Made by a program: the position numbers and the translations under genes
Shown here: in pieces, positions 47,100-56,310 of the stretch
Position numbering within the stretch: position 1 is the stretch's first letter
How the letters are laid out: every line of letters starts with the position of its first letter
The notes under the pieces: model-generated
Seen by the model: the letters and a program-made list of their open reading frames with translations, nothing else
What the model was told of the DNA's origin: nothing
The model's database searches: none
DNA from: Minisyncoccia bacterium
GTDB lineage: Bacteria; Patescibacteriota; Minisyncoccia; Phycocordibacterales; UBA918
Assembly: GCA_041742075.1 (NCBI GenBank)
Contig: JBGSJJ010000015.1
Location: 65,132 to 129,131 of the forward strand
DNA: 64,000 bases
Direction of reading: 5' to 3'

Positions 47100-48002
47100 A
47101 TGAAAATTATTATTACTAGTCTCATTAGTCTAACCAATAAATTTTTAAAGAATAAAAAAATATTTCTTTATACTCCAAACAAGCATAATGGTTTTGGAAA
47201 GACTGCTGTTAAAACAAAATTTGGTTTTTGGTATGTAGGAGATATCCTCGATCAAAGAGATATCGCTTGTGGTATTTTACGATATGGTGAAATCGAACCC
47301 GAAGAGACTGCACTCACTATAAAGATTTTTAAGTACCTAAATCAAAAAGCTAACCCAGTTATCTATGACATCGGAGCCAATACTGGGTACTACGGATTAT
47401 TGGCTGCTCATTTTTTTGAGAAACAAGTTTCAGTGTATTCTTTTGAGCCAGTCAAAGAGTTTGCCGACTGTATCGACGAAACAGCAAAGATAAATGGTTT
47501 CAGTGACTGCATTCATGTCTGCAATTTTGCACTCAGTGACAAGAATGGAACTGGTGAAATATATGTATGGGGAACCTGTTCAAGTCTCGATAAAGACTTT
47601 AATAATAAAGACCTGCCGACACAAACTATCGAACTTAAAAGGCTTGACGGTTTTGCAGAAAGTGTTTCTCCAGACTTTATAAAAATAGACACGGAAGGCC
47701 ATGAACTACTTACACTCGAAGGGGCTATTGAAACTATTTCAAAAAGTAAGCCTCTGCTATTTGTTGAAATCATAGAAAGACTCAAAATGAGAAATTTTGT
47801 CAATCAAGATTACTCGAAAACAATTCAGCTTTTACTAAACATTGGGTACGAAGCCTATCTTTTCAAAAACGGTAAACTAGAGAAGACCGATGGTAGCCTA
47901 ACAATTGAAGGCGTGTATATGTACTTATTCATACATAAAGACAAGCATAAAGATTTTCTGAAATACTTAAATGTGTCTGACGAGAAAATATCTTCTAACT
48001 AA
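47100..48002 (+). CDS. FkbM-family methyltransferase
   Basis: IYDIGANTGYYGL...YSFEP...IKIDTEGHELLTLEGA. Confidence 0.7.
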   Translation: MKIIITSLISLTNKFLKNKKIFLYTPNKHNGFGKTAVKTKFGFWYVGDILDQRDIACGILRYGEIEPEETALTIKIFKYLNQKANPVIYDIGANTGYYGLLAAHFFEKQVSVYSFEPVKEFADCIDETAKINGFSDCIHVCNFALSDKNGTGEIYVWGTCSSLDKDFNNKDLPTQTIELKRLDGFAESVSPDFIKIDTEGHELLTLEGAIETISKSKPLLFVEIIERLKMRNFVNQDYSKTIQLLLNIGYEAYLFKNGKLEKTDGSLTIEGVYMYLFIHKDKHKDFLKYLNVSDEKISSN

Positions 48003-48013
48003 ATTTTAAATGT

Positions 48014-48949
48014 ATGACCTCTGAACTACTACACAAAAACATCAAGCTAGTTCGTGCGGTAATACCTTTATCACTTCGTCGCTTAGTAGGACCATATATT
48101 GCGTATAGTGCATATATATGGAGAGTGTATATAACCAAAAATAAAAATGCCCCAAAAATTCTTTCACTTGAAGAAACAATTGACATTATTATAGCTAATG
48201 AACTTTCAGCAATTCGTTTTGGTGATGGTGAAATGTCCCTTATTGAAAATGAACAACTTAATTTTCAGCAAACAAACAGTCAATTGTCTTACAAACTAAG
48301 AGCAATCCTGCAGATACATACACCCGCGTTACTCATCTGCATTCCCGGCATTTGGGGAAAGTTAAACGGTTACACCAAAGTTTCGTACTGGTTTATTTTG
48401 CATCACCTATTCCGCCACGGTCATGTTTGGAGAGGTCTGTTATCAAGTAACCAAACCTATGGTGACGCTTATATCACAAGACCATATCTAGGTTATAAAG
48501 ATAAATCGCATAGTGGTAGTATTTTTAAAAAGTTGTTCTCAATATGGGCAGGAAAAAAAGTTGTCCTCATTGAAGGTAAAAAAAGTCGGCTCGGTGTAGG
48601 TAATGATATGTTTAACAATGTGCAAAGTCTGAAACGAATCCTCTGTCCAGCGGAAAATGCCTATACAAAATATGCTGAAATAATGACGGAAGCCTTGAAG
48701 ATACCGAAGGATTCATTAGTGTTACTTTCGGTAGGTCCGACTGCAAAAGTATTAGCCTATGACTTGTTCATGGCCGGATACAGAGTGATTGATATTGGGC
48801 ACATCGACATGGAATACGAAATGTTCTTGCGGTCTTCCTCCACCCTTGTTAAAGTGCCGTATAAGTATTTTAATGAAATAAATGAACTCAATCCGCAAGA
48901 CTGTCTTGATGATACCTACCTGTCCCAGATTATTGCAAAAGTAGTATAA
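48014..48949 (+). CDS. Putative GT-D-fold glycosyltransferase (DUF1792-like)
   Basis: SAIRFGDGEMSLIE motif and ~310 aa size. Confidence 0.45.
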   Translation: MTSELLHKNIKLVRAVIPLSLRRLVGPYIAYSAYIWRVYITKNKNAPKILSLEETIDIIIANELSAIRFGDGEMSLIENEQLNFQQTNSQLSYKLRAILQIHTPALLICIPGIWGKLNGYTKVSYWFILHHLFRHGHVWRGLLSSNQTYGDAYITRPYLGYKDKSHSGSIFKKLFSIWAGKKVVLIEGKKSRLGVGNDMFNNVQSLKRILCPAENAYTKYAEIMTEALKIPKDSLVLLSVGPTAKVLAYDLFMAGYRVIDIGHIDMEYEMFLRSSSTLVKVPYKYFNEINELNPQDCLDDTYLSQIIAKVV

Positions 48950-48962
48950 TACGAGTCTGACC

Positions 48963-50018
48963 GTGAAAAAAATCCGCGTAAAATTTTTAAAGTTTGGCAG
49001 TGCTGACCATACGACACCAGGATCATATGCTAATCTTTTTTATTCTCTCCTTCAAAAAAAGTACGAAGTCGAGATATCAGAAACGCCTGATTATATTTTC
49101 TACCATGAATCATCTGATGAACACTTGAACTATAATTGCGTAAAAATTTTCTATACCGGTGAAAATGTCTCACCAAATTTTAACTTTTGTGATTACGCCA
49201 TTGGTTTTGATTGGCTTGATTTTAGTGACCGTTACTATCGTTTTCCAATCTATCTAAATGCTATCTACTATCGACCAGAAGAAATAACTCAATCCGCAAA
49301 TATAGACTGGACAAAACCTGCCAACCTTACTCGTGCTGATATGGAAGCAAAAACGGAATTTTGTAGCTTTGTCTACTCTAACTATCGTGGCGAACTGGCC
49401 CGTCAGTCTTTATTTGATGCACTTAGTGTTTACAAAAAAGTGAACGCCGGCGGTGCGTATCTCAATAACGTTGGTGGGCGCGTAGAGAACAAACTGGCTT
49501 TTGAAGCTAAACATAAGTTTTCGATTGCTTGTGAAAATTCATCACGCTCAGGCTATACAACTGAAAAAATCATTGGTTCTTTTTTAGCTAAAACTATCCC
49601 TATCTATTGGGGCGACCCAGACGTCGCCAAGCAGTTTAACCCAAAGCGGTTTATTAATTGTCATGACTTTAAAAGTTTTGACGAGGTACGTACCCGAGTA
49701 GCCGAAATAGATGAAGATGATGACCTCTACCTGAGTATGGTAAATGAACCAATAACGATCCCTGAGTACAACTTTACAAAAGTTCATGAGGGCCTTGAAG
49801 CTTTTCTTCAACATATTTTTGACCAGCCTGTTACAGACGCTAAGCGAGCGACCATTAACCCAAATCGACTCGCAGAAATGGAAAAACGAGAACATGTGGC
49901 CAGTTGGTATACCGGCGCTCAATTAAAACTCATCCAAGTCAGTGCTAAAATCTACCAACCTCTTAAAAAGTTTCCTTGGTTTGAGAAACTAAAACATACA
50001 CTTTTTCAAAGTAAGTAG
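48963..50018 (+). CDS. Alpha-1,3(/4)-fucosyltransferase, glycosyltransferase family 10. GTG start.
   Basis: KFSIACENSSRSGYTTEKIIGSFLAKTIPIYWG matches the GT10 signature motif (FxxxFENSxxxxYxTEK). The GDP-fucose genes are in the same locus. Confidence 0.7.
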   Translation: MKKIRVKFLKFGSADHTTPGSYANLFYSLLQKKYEVEISETPDYIFYHESSDEHLNYNCVKIFYTGENVSPNFNFCDYAIGFDWLDFSDRYYRFPIYLNAIYYRPEEITQSANIDWTKPANLTRADMEAKTEFCSFVYSNYRGELARQSLFDALSVYKKVNAGGAYLNNVGGRVENKLAFEAKHKFSIACENSSRSGYTTEKIIGSFLAKTIPIYWGDPDVAKQFNPKRFINCHDFKSFDEVRTRVAEIDEDDDLYLSMVNEPITIPEYNFTKVHEGLEAFLQHIFDQPVTDAKRATINPNRLAEMEKREHVASWYTGAQLKLIQVSAKIYQPLKKFPWFEKLKHTLFQSK

Positions 50019-50025
50019 GGTTACT

Positions 50026-51039
50026 ATGCTCAACATCATCTCTCGCTCTATAGTCTCTCGCCACACTCGTGGGCCACGAAAAGTGGTACTGAATCTAATC
50101 AAAGGCCTTGATGAACTTAACGTGCCCTATGTCGTGAACGCCTCACTTGATGCCACCAGTGAGCTCTGGATACACGATGACCCCTTAGCCCTTAAAGCCT
50201 CTCTTACCTTACCTCCTACTACGAGCATTATTGCCGGACCGAATATTTACACTCTCCCCTCAGAGATTCCACCTGAAATGAATTTAAGTCGACTACTCTG
50301 GCTCTATCCCGCGCCCTGGGTAGAAAAGTTTTGGCACGCATTTGGAGGAAGTCATATCCCTAGTGCGGTGTGGCCGGTTGGTATCGATACCGCGAAGTTT
50401 TCTCCAAGCACGCGCGAGAAGAGGCTTGTCTTAGTCTATAACAAACAGCGCTCTTTAAAAGACACTCTAGCCGTCACCACCCTACTTGAAACACTCGGGC
50501 AAACGTATCACGTCATCACCTACGGCAACTACCAAGAGCGTGAGTACCAGACTCTCCTCAGTGAGGCAAAGGCTGTTATTTGGATTGGTCGTTCAGAGAG
50601 TCAGGGAGTTGGCTTACTTGAAGCCCTCGCCATGAACGTCCCGATGCTCGTCTGGGGCGTCACCCGCTTTGGTGACTGGGTTGGCTCAGGGCATGACCAC
50701 TTCACCCCAAGCCAACTCGCGTACACGCCAGTTATGACCGCACCGTATTTTAATGAACGGTGTGGAGTCTGTATCTCAAGTAACGAAGAGCTACCAAATG
50801 CTCTACCTCCCTTCCTGAGCAATTTAGCGCAATATACGCCACGTGCGTACGTGGAGGCAGAGCTTAGCCTCAAGCGAGGAGCGGAGACATTTTTAGCTCT
50901 CTATACCAACCATTTTGGTGTCCTACCCGAAACAATGCGGACCAAGCACCTCATAAACACCAAAAAGTGGCACAACGCCACCCTCCGTTTCCAACTCAAA
51001 AGCCAGATAAAAGATGCGTTGCGACGGATAATACGTTAA
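50026..51039 (+). CDS. GT-B-fold glycosyltransferase (GT4/GT1-like)
   Basis: RSESQGVGLLEALAMNVPMLVWG matches the E-x7-E nucleotide-sugar-binding region. Confidence 0.55.
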   Translation: MLNIISRSIVSRHTRGPRKVVLNLIKGLDELNVPYVVNASLDATSELWIHDDPLALKASLTLPPTTSIIAGPNIYTLPSEIPPEMNLSRLLWLYPAPWVEKFWHAFGGSHIPSAVWPVGIDTAKFSPSTREKRLVLVYNKQRSLKDTLAVTTLLETLGQTYHVITYGNYQEREYQTLLSEAKAVIWIGRSESQGVGLLEALAMNVPMLVWGVTRFGDWVGSGHDHFTPSQLAYTPVMTAPYFNERCGVCISSNEELPNALPPFLSNLAQYTPRAYVEAELSLKRGAETFLALYTNHFGVLPETMRTKHLINTKKWHNATLRFQLKSQIKDALRRIIR

Positions 51040-51040
51040 A

Positions 51041-51958
51041 ATGTTCGCTATGAATCGGGCAGAGCTCATCGCTACTATATGGAATGCTACGCCTGATATC
51101 GACATGGCTATTGGTCGCAATGCCCGCTTTAAGAAGCACCCTCTTAAAGCGCTCTACTTCTATACCCTGGTTGCCCTCAACCGCTTTACGCCACTCCTCC
51201 TCCCTATCAAAGCCCGCACTCTCTGGGGACACCGTCTCTTTGCCTACGAAACCTCAGCGATTGGCTCGATGTCCTTCCTAGGCTTTTATGACCGCGAGAT
51301 TACCCTCTTTCTCTTAAAACACTTTAATGAACCGGGCGACATCCTAGACGTCGGCGCCAACATCGGCGTCTACACCAGTTTGTTTACGCAAATTGCCCAT
51401 CAGGATGCTAAAATTATCGCCTTTGAACCGACCCCTAGTACCTACTCTGTCCTCTTTAAGAACGTTGGCACCTTACCCCAGGTAGAGACTAAGCAACTCG
51501 CTTTAAGTGACCACGCCGGTACCATCACCTTCTTTGACTATGGGTTGCGTCACGGCGTCTTTAATTCCACTACCGACCAGCCGCTCGATTTTTTACACGG
51601 GCAGGGTAAAAAAATCGATGTGCCAACTACCACGCTGGACTCTTGGTGCATGGAAAATAATATCCACCCGAGTCTCTTAAAGCTCGATACCGAAGGGACT
51701 GAAGCGAGTATCTTAGCTCACAGTAGTCAGGTTCTTTCGGCTGACAAACCCGTCATTCTCTTAGAAGTGGGTGGTGGTGACGCCTGGAGTAAGAACAACA
51801 ATGACAGTCTCGATATCCTTACCTCGTACCAGTACCAGTTCTTTACAGTGAGTGATGCTGGTGAGCTCGTCGTGCATGCACGTCAAGCCAGTTACCAGTA
51901 CACCAACCTTGTCTGTATCCCCGCTAGCAAAGTGAGTTTGTATGTTCAGTCTACTTAA
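51041..51958 (+). CDS. FkbM-family methyltransferase (second copy)
   Basis: ILDVGANIGVYTSLF...IAFEPTP...LKLDTEGTEASIL. Confidence 0.7.
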   Translation: MFAMNRAELIATIWNATPDIDMAIGRNARFKKHPLKALYFYTLVALNRFTPLLLPIKARTLWGHRLFAYETSAIGSMSFLGFYDREITLFLLKHFNEPGDILDVGANIGVYTSLFTQIAHQDAKIIAFEPTPSTYSVLFKNVGTLPQVETKQLALSDHAGTITFFDYGLRHGVFNSTTDQPLDFLHGQGKKIDVPTTTLDSWCMENNIHPSLLKLDTEGTEASILAHSSQVLSADKPVILLEVGGGDAWSKNNNDSLDILTSYQYQFFTVSDAGELVVHARQASYQYTNLVCIPASKVSLYVQST

Positions 51959-52694
51959 AAAAATTCGGCGAGTGCTCTTAACGGCGCTTTATAGTCCGTT
52001 TATTCTAAAGGATTACTTGGCTTTTATACGCCAGGATAACAATCCTCGGTTTACCTACTCCTGGCGGACCTTCTACCCGCAGATTTTTGATAAAACCAAA
52101 CTAACTGGTTTTGATCGACACTATGTCTATCACACCGCTTGGGCAGCCCGCGTGGTAAAAGAAATCAACCCACCGCTTCATACTGACATCGCTTCAAGCT
52201 TATACTTTCCCGCCCTCGTCTCCGCGTTTGTACCCGTCGCTTTTTATGACTATCGCCCGGCCGAACTTGGGTTATCTAACCTCACGAGTAACCATGCTGA
52301 CCTCACGAAGCTCCAGTTTGAGACGGGGAGCGTTACTTCCCTGTCTTGCCTTCACACGATTGAACACGTCGGACTCGGTCGCTATGGCGACCCGGTTGAT
52401 CCAAGTGGCGACGTCAAAGCTTGTAGTGAACTCGCGCGTGTCCTCGCTCCCGGTGGGTCACTCTTGTTTGTGACACCGGTTGGGAAAACGGCCCAGATTA
52501 TGTTTAATGCTCATCGTATTTATACGTATGAACTCGTGCTTTCGCTCTTCCCTGACTTGATCCTTCATGAGTTCTCACTCATTCCCGAGCAGGCCGAGCA
52601 TGGTGGCTTGATTCGAAATGCCGACCCAATACTGATAGAAAATGAAGTGTATGGGTGCGGATGTTTTTGGTTTAAGAAACCAGCCTCAGTATGA
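51942..52694 (+). CDS. Putative SAM-dependent methyltransferase (DUF268-like)
   Basis: LSCLHTIEHVGLGRYGDPVDPSGD...LAPGGSLLFVTP. Confidence 0.4.
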   Translation: MFSLLKKIRRVLLTALYSPFILKDYLAFIRQDNNPRFTYSWRTFYPQIFDKTKLTGFDRHYVYHTAWAARVVKEINPPLHTDIASSLYFPALVSAFVPVAFYDYRPAELGLSNLTSNHADLTKLQFETGSVTSLSCLHTIEHVGLGRYGDPVDPSGDVKACSELARVLAPGGSLLFVTPVGKTAQIMFNAHRIYTYELVLSLFPDLILHEFSLIPEQAEHGGLIRNADPILIENEVYGCGCFWFKKPASV

Positions 52695-53560
52695 TTATCG
52701 TAAACCTCAAAGGAGGCTTAGGAAACCAGATGTTTCAATACGCGCTTGGTCGCACGTTGGCACTTAAACATAACGACACACTTAAGCTCGATATCAGTAC
52801 ACTCTCCCGCGCTCATGAACTTGGGGTGGTGTATCGTCCCTTTAGCCTACAGTCTTTCAATGTCATACAGAACATCGCTACCAGAGATGAAATCAATCAC
52901 CTTGCCTATCCGTACGGCCTACTTTCAAAACTTACTCGGACAATTTCTGCTCGCGTTTTAAAACGTACCCACGTTTGTTTTGAACCCACCATTCTCAACC
53001 TGACTGGGGACCAGTACCTTGATGGGTATTGGCAAAGCCCACGTTTTTTTGAAGACATCCGCGGCACTCTGATAACTGAGTTTACGCTACGGACGCCCCT
53101 GCCTGAGACAGGTGAATTCTACAAGCAAGCTTTGACACAAGATGGGTCAGTCAGTCTGCACGTACGCCGTGGTGACTACGCCACTAACCCCAAAACAACT
53201 GGGGAGATGGGGGTATGCTCACTTGAGTATTACAAAATAGCTATTGAGCACATACGTACAGTGGTCGATACGCCCCGCTTTTTTGTTTTTTCAGACGATA
53301 TCGCCTGGGCCAGAGAACATCTCCTCCTTGAAGAGTCCGAGGTTATCTTTGTATCTGATGCGTCGCTCACTGACGCTATGGAACTAGCACTGATGAGCTT
53401 GGCCAAGCACAATATAATAGCCAATAGTAGCTTTAGCTGGTGGTCAGCCTGGCTTAACCAAAACCCAAGCAAAGTTGTGATAGCGCCTACTCCTTGGTTT
53501 AATACAGTACGGTTCGATACTCACCTACTACCAGAATCATGGATACAACTACCCAAGTAA
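52691..53560 (+). CDS. Alpha-1,2-fucosyltransferase, glycosyltransferase family 11
   Basis: MIIVNLKGGLGNQMFQYALGRTLA is the hallmark GT11 N-terminus (GGLGNQ[ML]FQYA). ...HVRRGDY is motif I. Confidence 0.8.
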   Translation: MIIVNLKGGLGNQMFQYALGRTLALKHNDTLKLDISTLSRAHELGVVYRPFSLQSFNVIQNIATRDEINHLAYPYGLLSKLTRTISARVLKRTHVCFEPTILNLTGDQYLDGYWQSPRFFEDIRGTLITEFTLRTPLPETGEFYKQALTQDGSVSLHVRRGDYATNPKTTGEMGVCSLEYYKIAIEHIRTVVDTPRFFVFSDDIAWAREHLLLEESEVIFVSDASLTDAMELALMSLAKHNIIANSSFSWWSAWLNQNPSKVVIAPTPWFNTVRFDTHLLPESWIQLPK

Positions 53561-54315
53561 CAAGTGCTCCTAAAGTAAGCATCCTCATGCTTACCTATAA
53601 CCGTGCTTCGTATATAAAAGAGGCGATACAAAGTGTGCTTAAGCAAACCTACCCAGACTTCGAACTCCACATCATCGATGATGGCTCGACAGACGCGACT
53701 GCGGAGCTCGTAGTAAAGTTCACGGACTCGCGCGTAAAGTACCACAGAAGTAGCACTAATAAAGGTCTGATTGAAAGACGTAAAGAAAGTCTCACCTACG
53801 CCAACGGCATGTACATTGCCATACTCGATAGCGACGACGCTTGGAATGACCCGGGCAAGCTCCAGGCTCAAGTGGCGTATATGGAAGCCAATCCAGATTG
53901 TGCGGTCGTTGGTACCTTCATCAACCGTATTAACCAGGCGGGTGAAACAATTGGCACCGACAAGTATGCTGAAAGTGACAGCACTATCCGTAAAACCATT
54001 CTGGTCCGGAATCAATTCGCCCATTCAAGCGTGCTACTGCGCACAGCTTTTGTAGAAAAAACTGCTGGCTACCGTGACACTACCCTCGCTGAAGACCTTG
54101 ATTTGTTTTTACAACTTGGACAGGTCGGCACATTCGCCAATCTACCAGTCTACACAACCAACTATCGCATCCACGGCGAGAGTTTTGGCTCTAAGCGCGT
54201 ACTGATGGCAAAAGCTATCTTGCATATTATCAAGAACTACCGAGATACCTACCCCAATGCCTGGAAAGGATTGCTCGTTGGCTACCTAAGACTCCTTCTA
54301 TCGTATGTACGTTAA
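53539..54315 (+). CDS. Glycosyltransferase family 2
   Basis: VSILMLTYNRASYIKEAIQSVLKQTYPDFELHIIDDGSTD...ILDSDD. Confidence 0.8.
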   Translation: MDTTTQVTSAPKVSILMLTYNRASYIKEAIQSVLKQTYPDFELHIIDDGSTDATAELVVKFTDSRVKYHRSSTNKGLIERRKESLTYANGMYIAILDSDDAWNDPGKLQAQVAYMEANPDCAVVGTFINRINQAGETIGTDKYAESDSTIRKTILVRNQFAHSSVLLRTAFVEKTAGYRDTTLAEDLDLFLQLGQVGTFANLPVYTTNYRIHGESFGSKRVLMAKAILHIIKNYRDTYPNAWKGLLVGYLRLLLSYVR

Positions 54316-54324
54316 GGTATAAAA

Positions 54325-54350
54325 GAACGCCCACTCAAGAGTGGGCGTTC
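54325..54350. terminator. Bidirectional terminator hairpin (11-12-bp perfect stem) between convergent genes
   Basis: gaacgcccactc aa gagtgggcgttc. Lies after the last gene of the 12-gene + strand operon and after the minus-strand small gene. Confidence 0.5.
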
Positions 54351-54371
54351 ACGATACTACTTAAAATTACT

Positions 54372-54761
54372 TTAAATCCATTCGATTCTCTGTGTTATTC
54401 CTTGGCCACACGAGAGTATGACGTACGGGTCAACATAGGTGACGTTTGGTACAAGGTGCGTGCGGTGCATCATTTTCCAAATTCCAGTACTCACAGACTC
54501 CCTCTGCAGACTAACACCTCCATTCCTGCAGACAACCCGAAGGACAGCCGGCTTACCTCCTTCCAGATACGCAGTAAGGACAGCTCGCCTGAAAGGTCCT
54601 GGAACGACAACGTGCCCAGCAATTTCTTTTATTTTAAGTCCTTCTTCTCTAAGACTACATTGTATTATGGAGTCTAATTCTTCATGACTGAGTGGCTGAA
54701 ACACTGGTACTTTTTGTGCTCTTTTTTTCTTTAGTTTGCGAACTATGCTGTCTGTTTGCAT
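54372..54761 (-). CDS. Hypothetical small protein (129 aa from the internal Met preceded by a GAGGAAA SD)
   Basis: gcGAGGAAAcaATGcaaaca. No family recognised. Divergent from 54892..55254. Confidence 0.4.
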   Translation of the reverse strand: MQTDSIVRKLKKKRAQKVPVFQPLSHEELDSIIQCSLREEGLKIKEIAGHVVVPGPFRRAVLTAYLEGGKPAVLRVVCRNGGVSLQRESVSTGIWKMMHRTHLVPNVTYVDPYVILSCGQGITQRIEWI

Positions 54762-54891
54762 TGTTTCCTCGCTGTGTTTCAATCGGGAGACTTTTCTGCT
54801 TGGTAATGTAACGCGCAAACTTCGAGCGGTCAAGGTTTACTGATTAAAACGAACCACTGTAAAAAATAGGTAAACCATGCTCTAATACAAC

Positions 54892-55254
54892 GTGGAGGTA
54901 CCCAGCATGTCAGACAAAAAGAACCAGTCCATTCCTTTTATTCTCACTCAGCGTTCTTTTATGCAAGCATTGTTAGGCGACCAATATAAAAAAATCGTTT
55001 CTGCACCATACCTACTAGACCAAATTCTCCCACACACACCAAAGCTTTGTGGGATTACGTTGGAAGAATTCTGTGCCACAATGAAGCAAATTGCCCCTTC
55101 GCTCACCTGCCCTGAAGTGCACTACACGCGACCGCTTGAAGTGACCTACGGCTTACTAAACAGCCACATAAACGCAATTGAGCCTCTCCCGAAAAGAAGA
55201 ACTTCGGTCTATACCGAAACAGTTATCCTCGCCTTTAGGCGACCAGATGGGTAA
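54892..55254 (+). CDS. Hypothetical small protein (120 aa)
   Basis: GGAGGT SD 7 nt upstream of ATG. Followed by a strong terminator. Confidence 0.45.
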   Translation: MEVPSMSDKKNQSIPFILTQRSFMQALLGDQYKKIVSAPYLLDQILPHTPKLCGITLEEFCATMKQIAPSLTCPEVHYTRPLEVTYGLLNSHINAIEPLPKRRTSVYTETVILAFRRPDG

Positions 55255-55286
55255 AACGACCAGTCCGTAAGGACTGATCGTTTTTT
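55255..55286. terminator. Rho-independent, bidirectional terminator (13-bp stem with one mismatch, then T-run)
   Basis: aacgaccagtcc gtaa ggactgatcgtt tttt, between the + small gene and galE (minus). Confidence 0.55.
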
Positions 55287-55297
55287 CTGTATAGTTT

Positions 55298-56245
55298 TTA
55301 TAAACCGTATACTGCTACCGTGCTTTCCACCATGTCGGTCAAAGTCCGTTTTGGTTCCCAACCAAGAATTTCTTTTGCTCTCTCAGCGTTCGCTACAACA
55401 GTGGCCACATCACCGGCCCGACGAGGTACTACCGTTATCTCAATTTTTCTACCGATAGCTTTTTCAAAGGCTGCCACGAGTTCAAAGACTGAATAGCCTA
55501 CCCCAGTACCAAGATTAATCGTACACGCACCTTCGGTGTTTGTTGCCTGCCCGTGAGCTTCTGCTAAGTCAGACAGGTGGATATAGTCTCGTACCCCACT
55601 ACCGTCTTTTGTCTCATAATCATCTCCAAAGACCTGAAAACTTTTACCGCCCTTGATTGAGCGAGCAATCAGTGGGAATACGTTCTGGGCGGACTCTTCT
55701 TTGTACCCAAGCCCACTATCACCAGCTACGTTAAAGTAACGCAAGATAGCATGGGACGAAATCTTACCAGTTCGGGTAAATTCACGAATCAACGTTTCAG
55801 ACATAAGCTTAGACTGTCCGTACACATTTTTTGGGTCAACTGGAGATGTTTCAGTTGCCTGCCCCTCTATAGGTGCATACACTGAGGCGGTTGAAGAGAA
55901 AATAATCTGCGGTACCGTATAGCGCGCCATAGCCGATAAGACATTCAGTGTGCCCAGGACATTATTTTTGAAGTAGAGAGCCGGTTCTTGCTCACTTTCG
56001 CCGACGGCTTTTTTTGCCGCTAAGTGGATAACGGTGTCAAATTGGTACTGACTGAAAACCTCGTCAACGGCTGTTTCGTTAGTCACGTCACCAACTATAA
56101 GGGACGCGCCACGAGTGACCTTATCTTCCTGTCCAGCGGTTAAGTCATCAAACACGACAACCGTGTTCCCTGCTTCGACGAGAGTTTTTACACATGCCGA
56201 ACCAATATACCCGGCTCCGCCCGTTACCAATATTTTTTTAGACAT
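55298..56245 (-). CDS. galE: UDP-glucose 4-epimerase
   Basis: MSKKILVTGGAGYIGSACVKTLVEAGNTVVVFDDL, YGQSKLMSE (YxxxK). Confidence 0.85.
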   Translation of the reverse strand: MSKKILVTGGAGYIGSACVKTLVEAGNTVVVFDDLTAGQEDKVTRGASLIVGDVTNETAVDEVFSQYQFDTVIHLAAKKAVGESEQEPALYFKNNVLGTLNVLSAMARYTVPQIIFSSTASVYAPIEGQATETSPVDPKNVYGQSKLMSETLIREFTRTGKISSHAILRYFNVAGDSGLGYKEESAQNVFPLIARSIKGGKSFQVFGDDYETKDGSGVRDYIHLSDLAEAHGQATNTEGACTINLGTGVGYSVFELVAAFEKAIGRKIEITVVPRRAGDVATVVANAERAKEILGWEPKRTLTDMVESTVAVYGL

Positions 56246-56310
56246 ACACCCTATAGTACCAAACCTAGCTATGATTGGTTACCTTGACGAAAACCGCCAA
56301 CATACGATTG

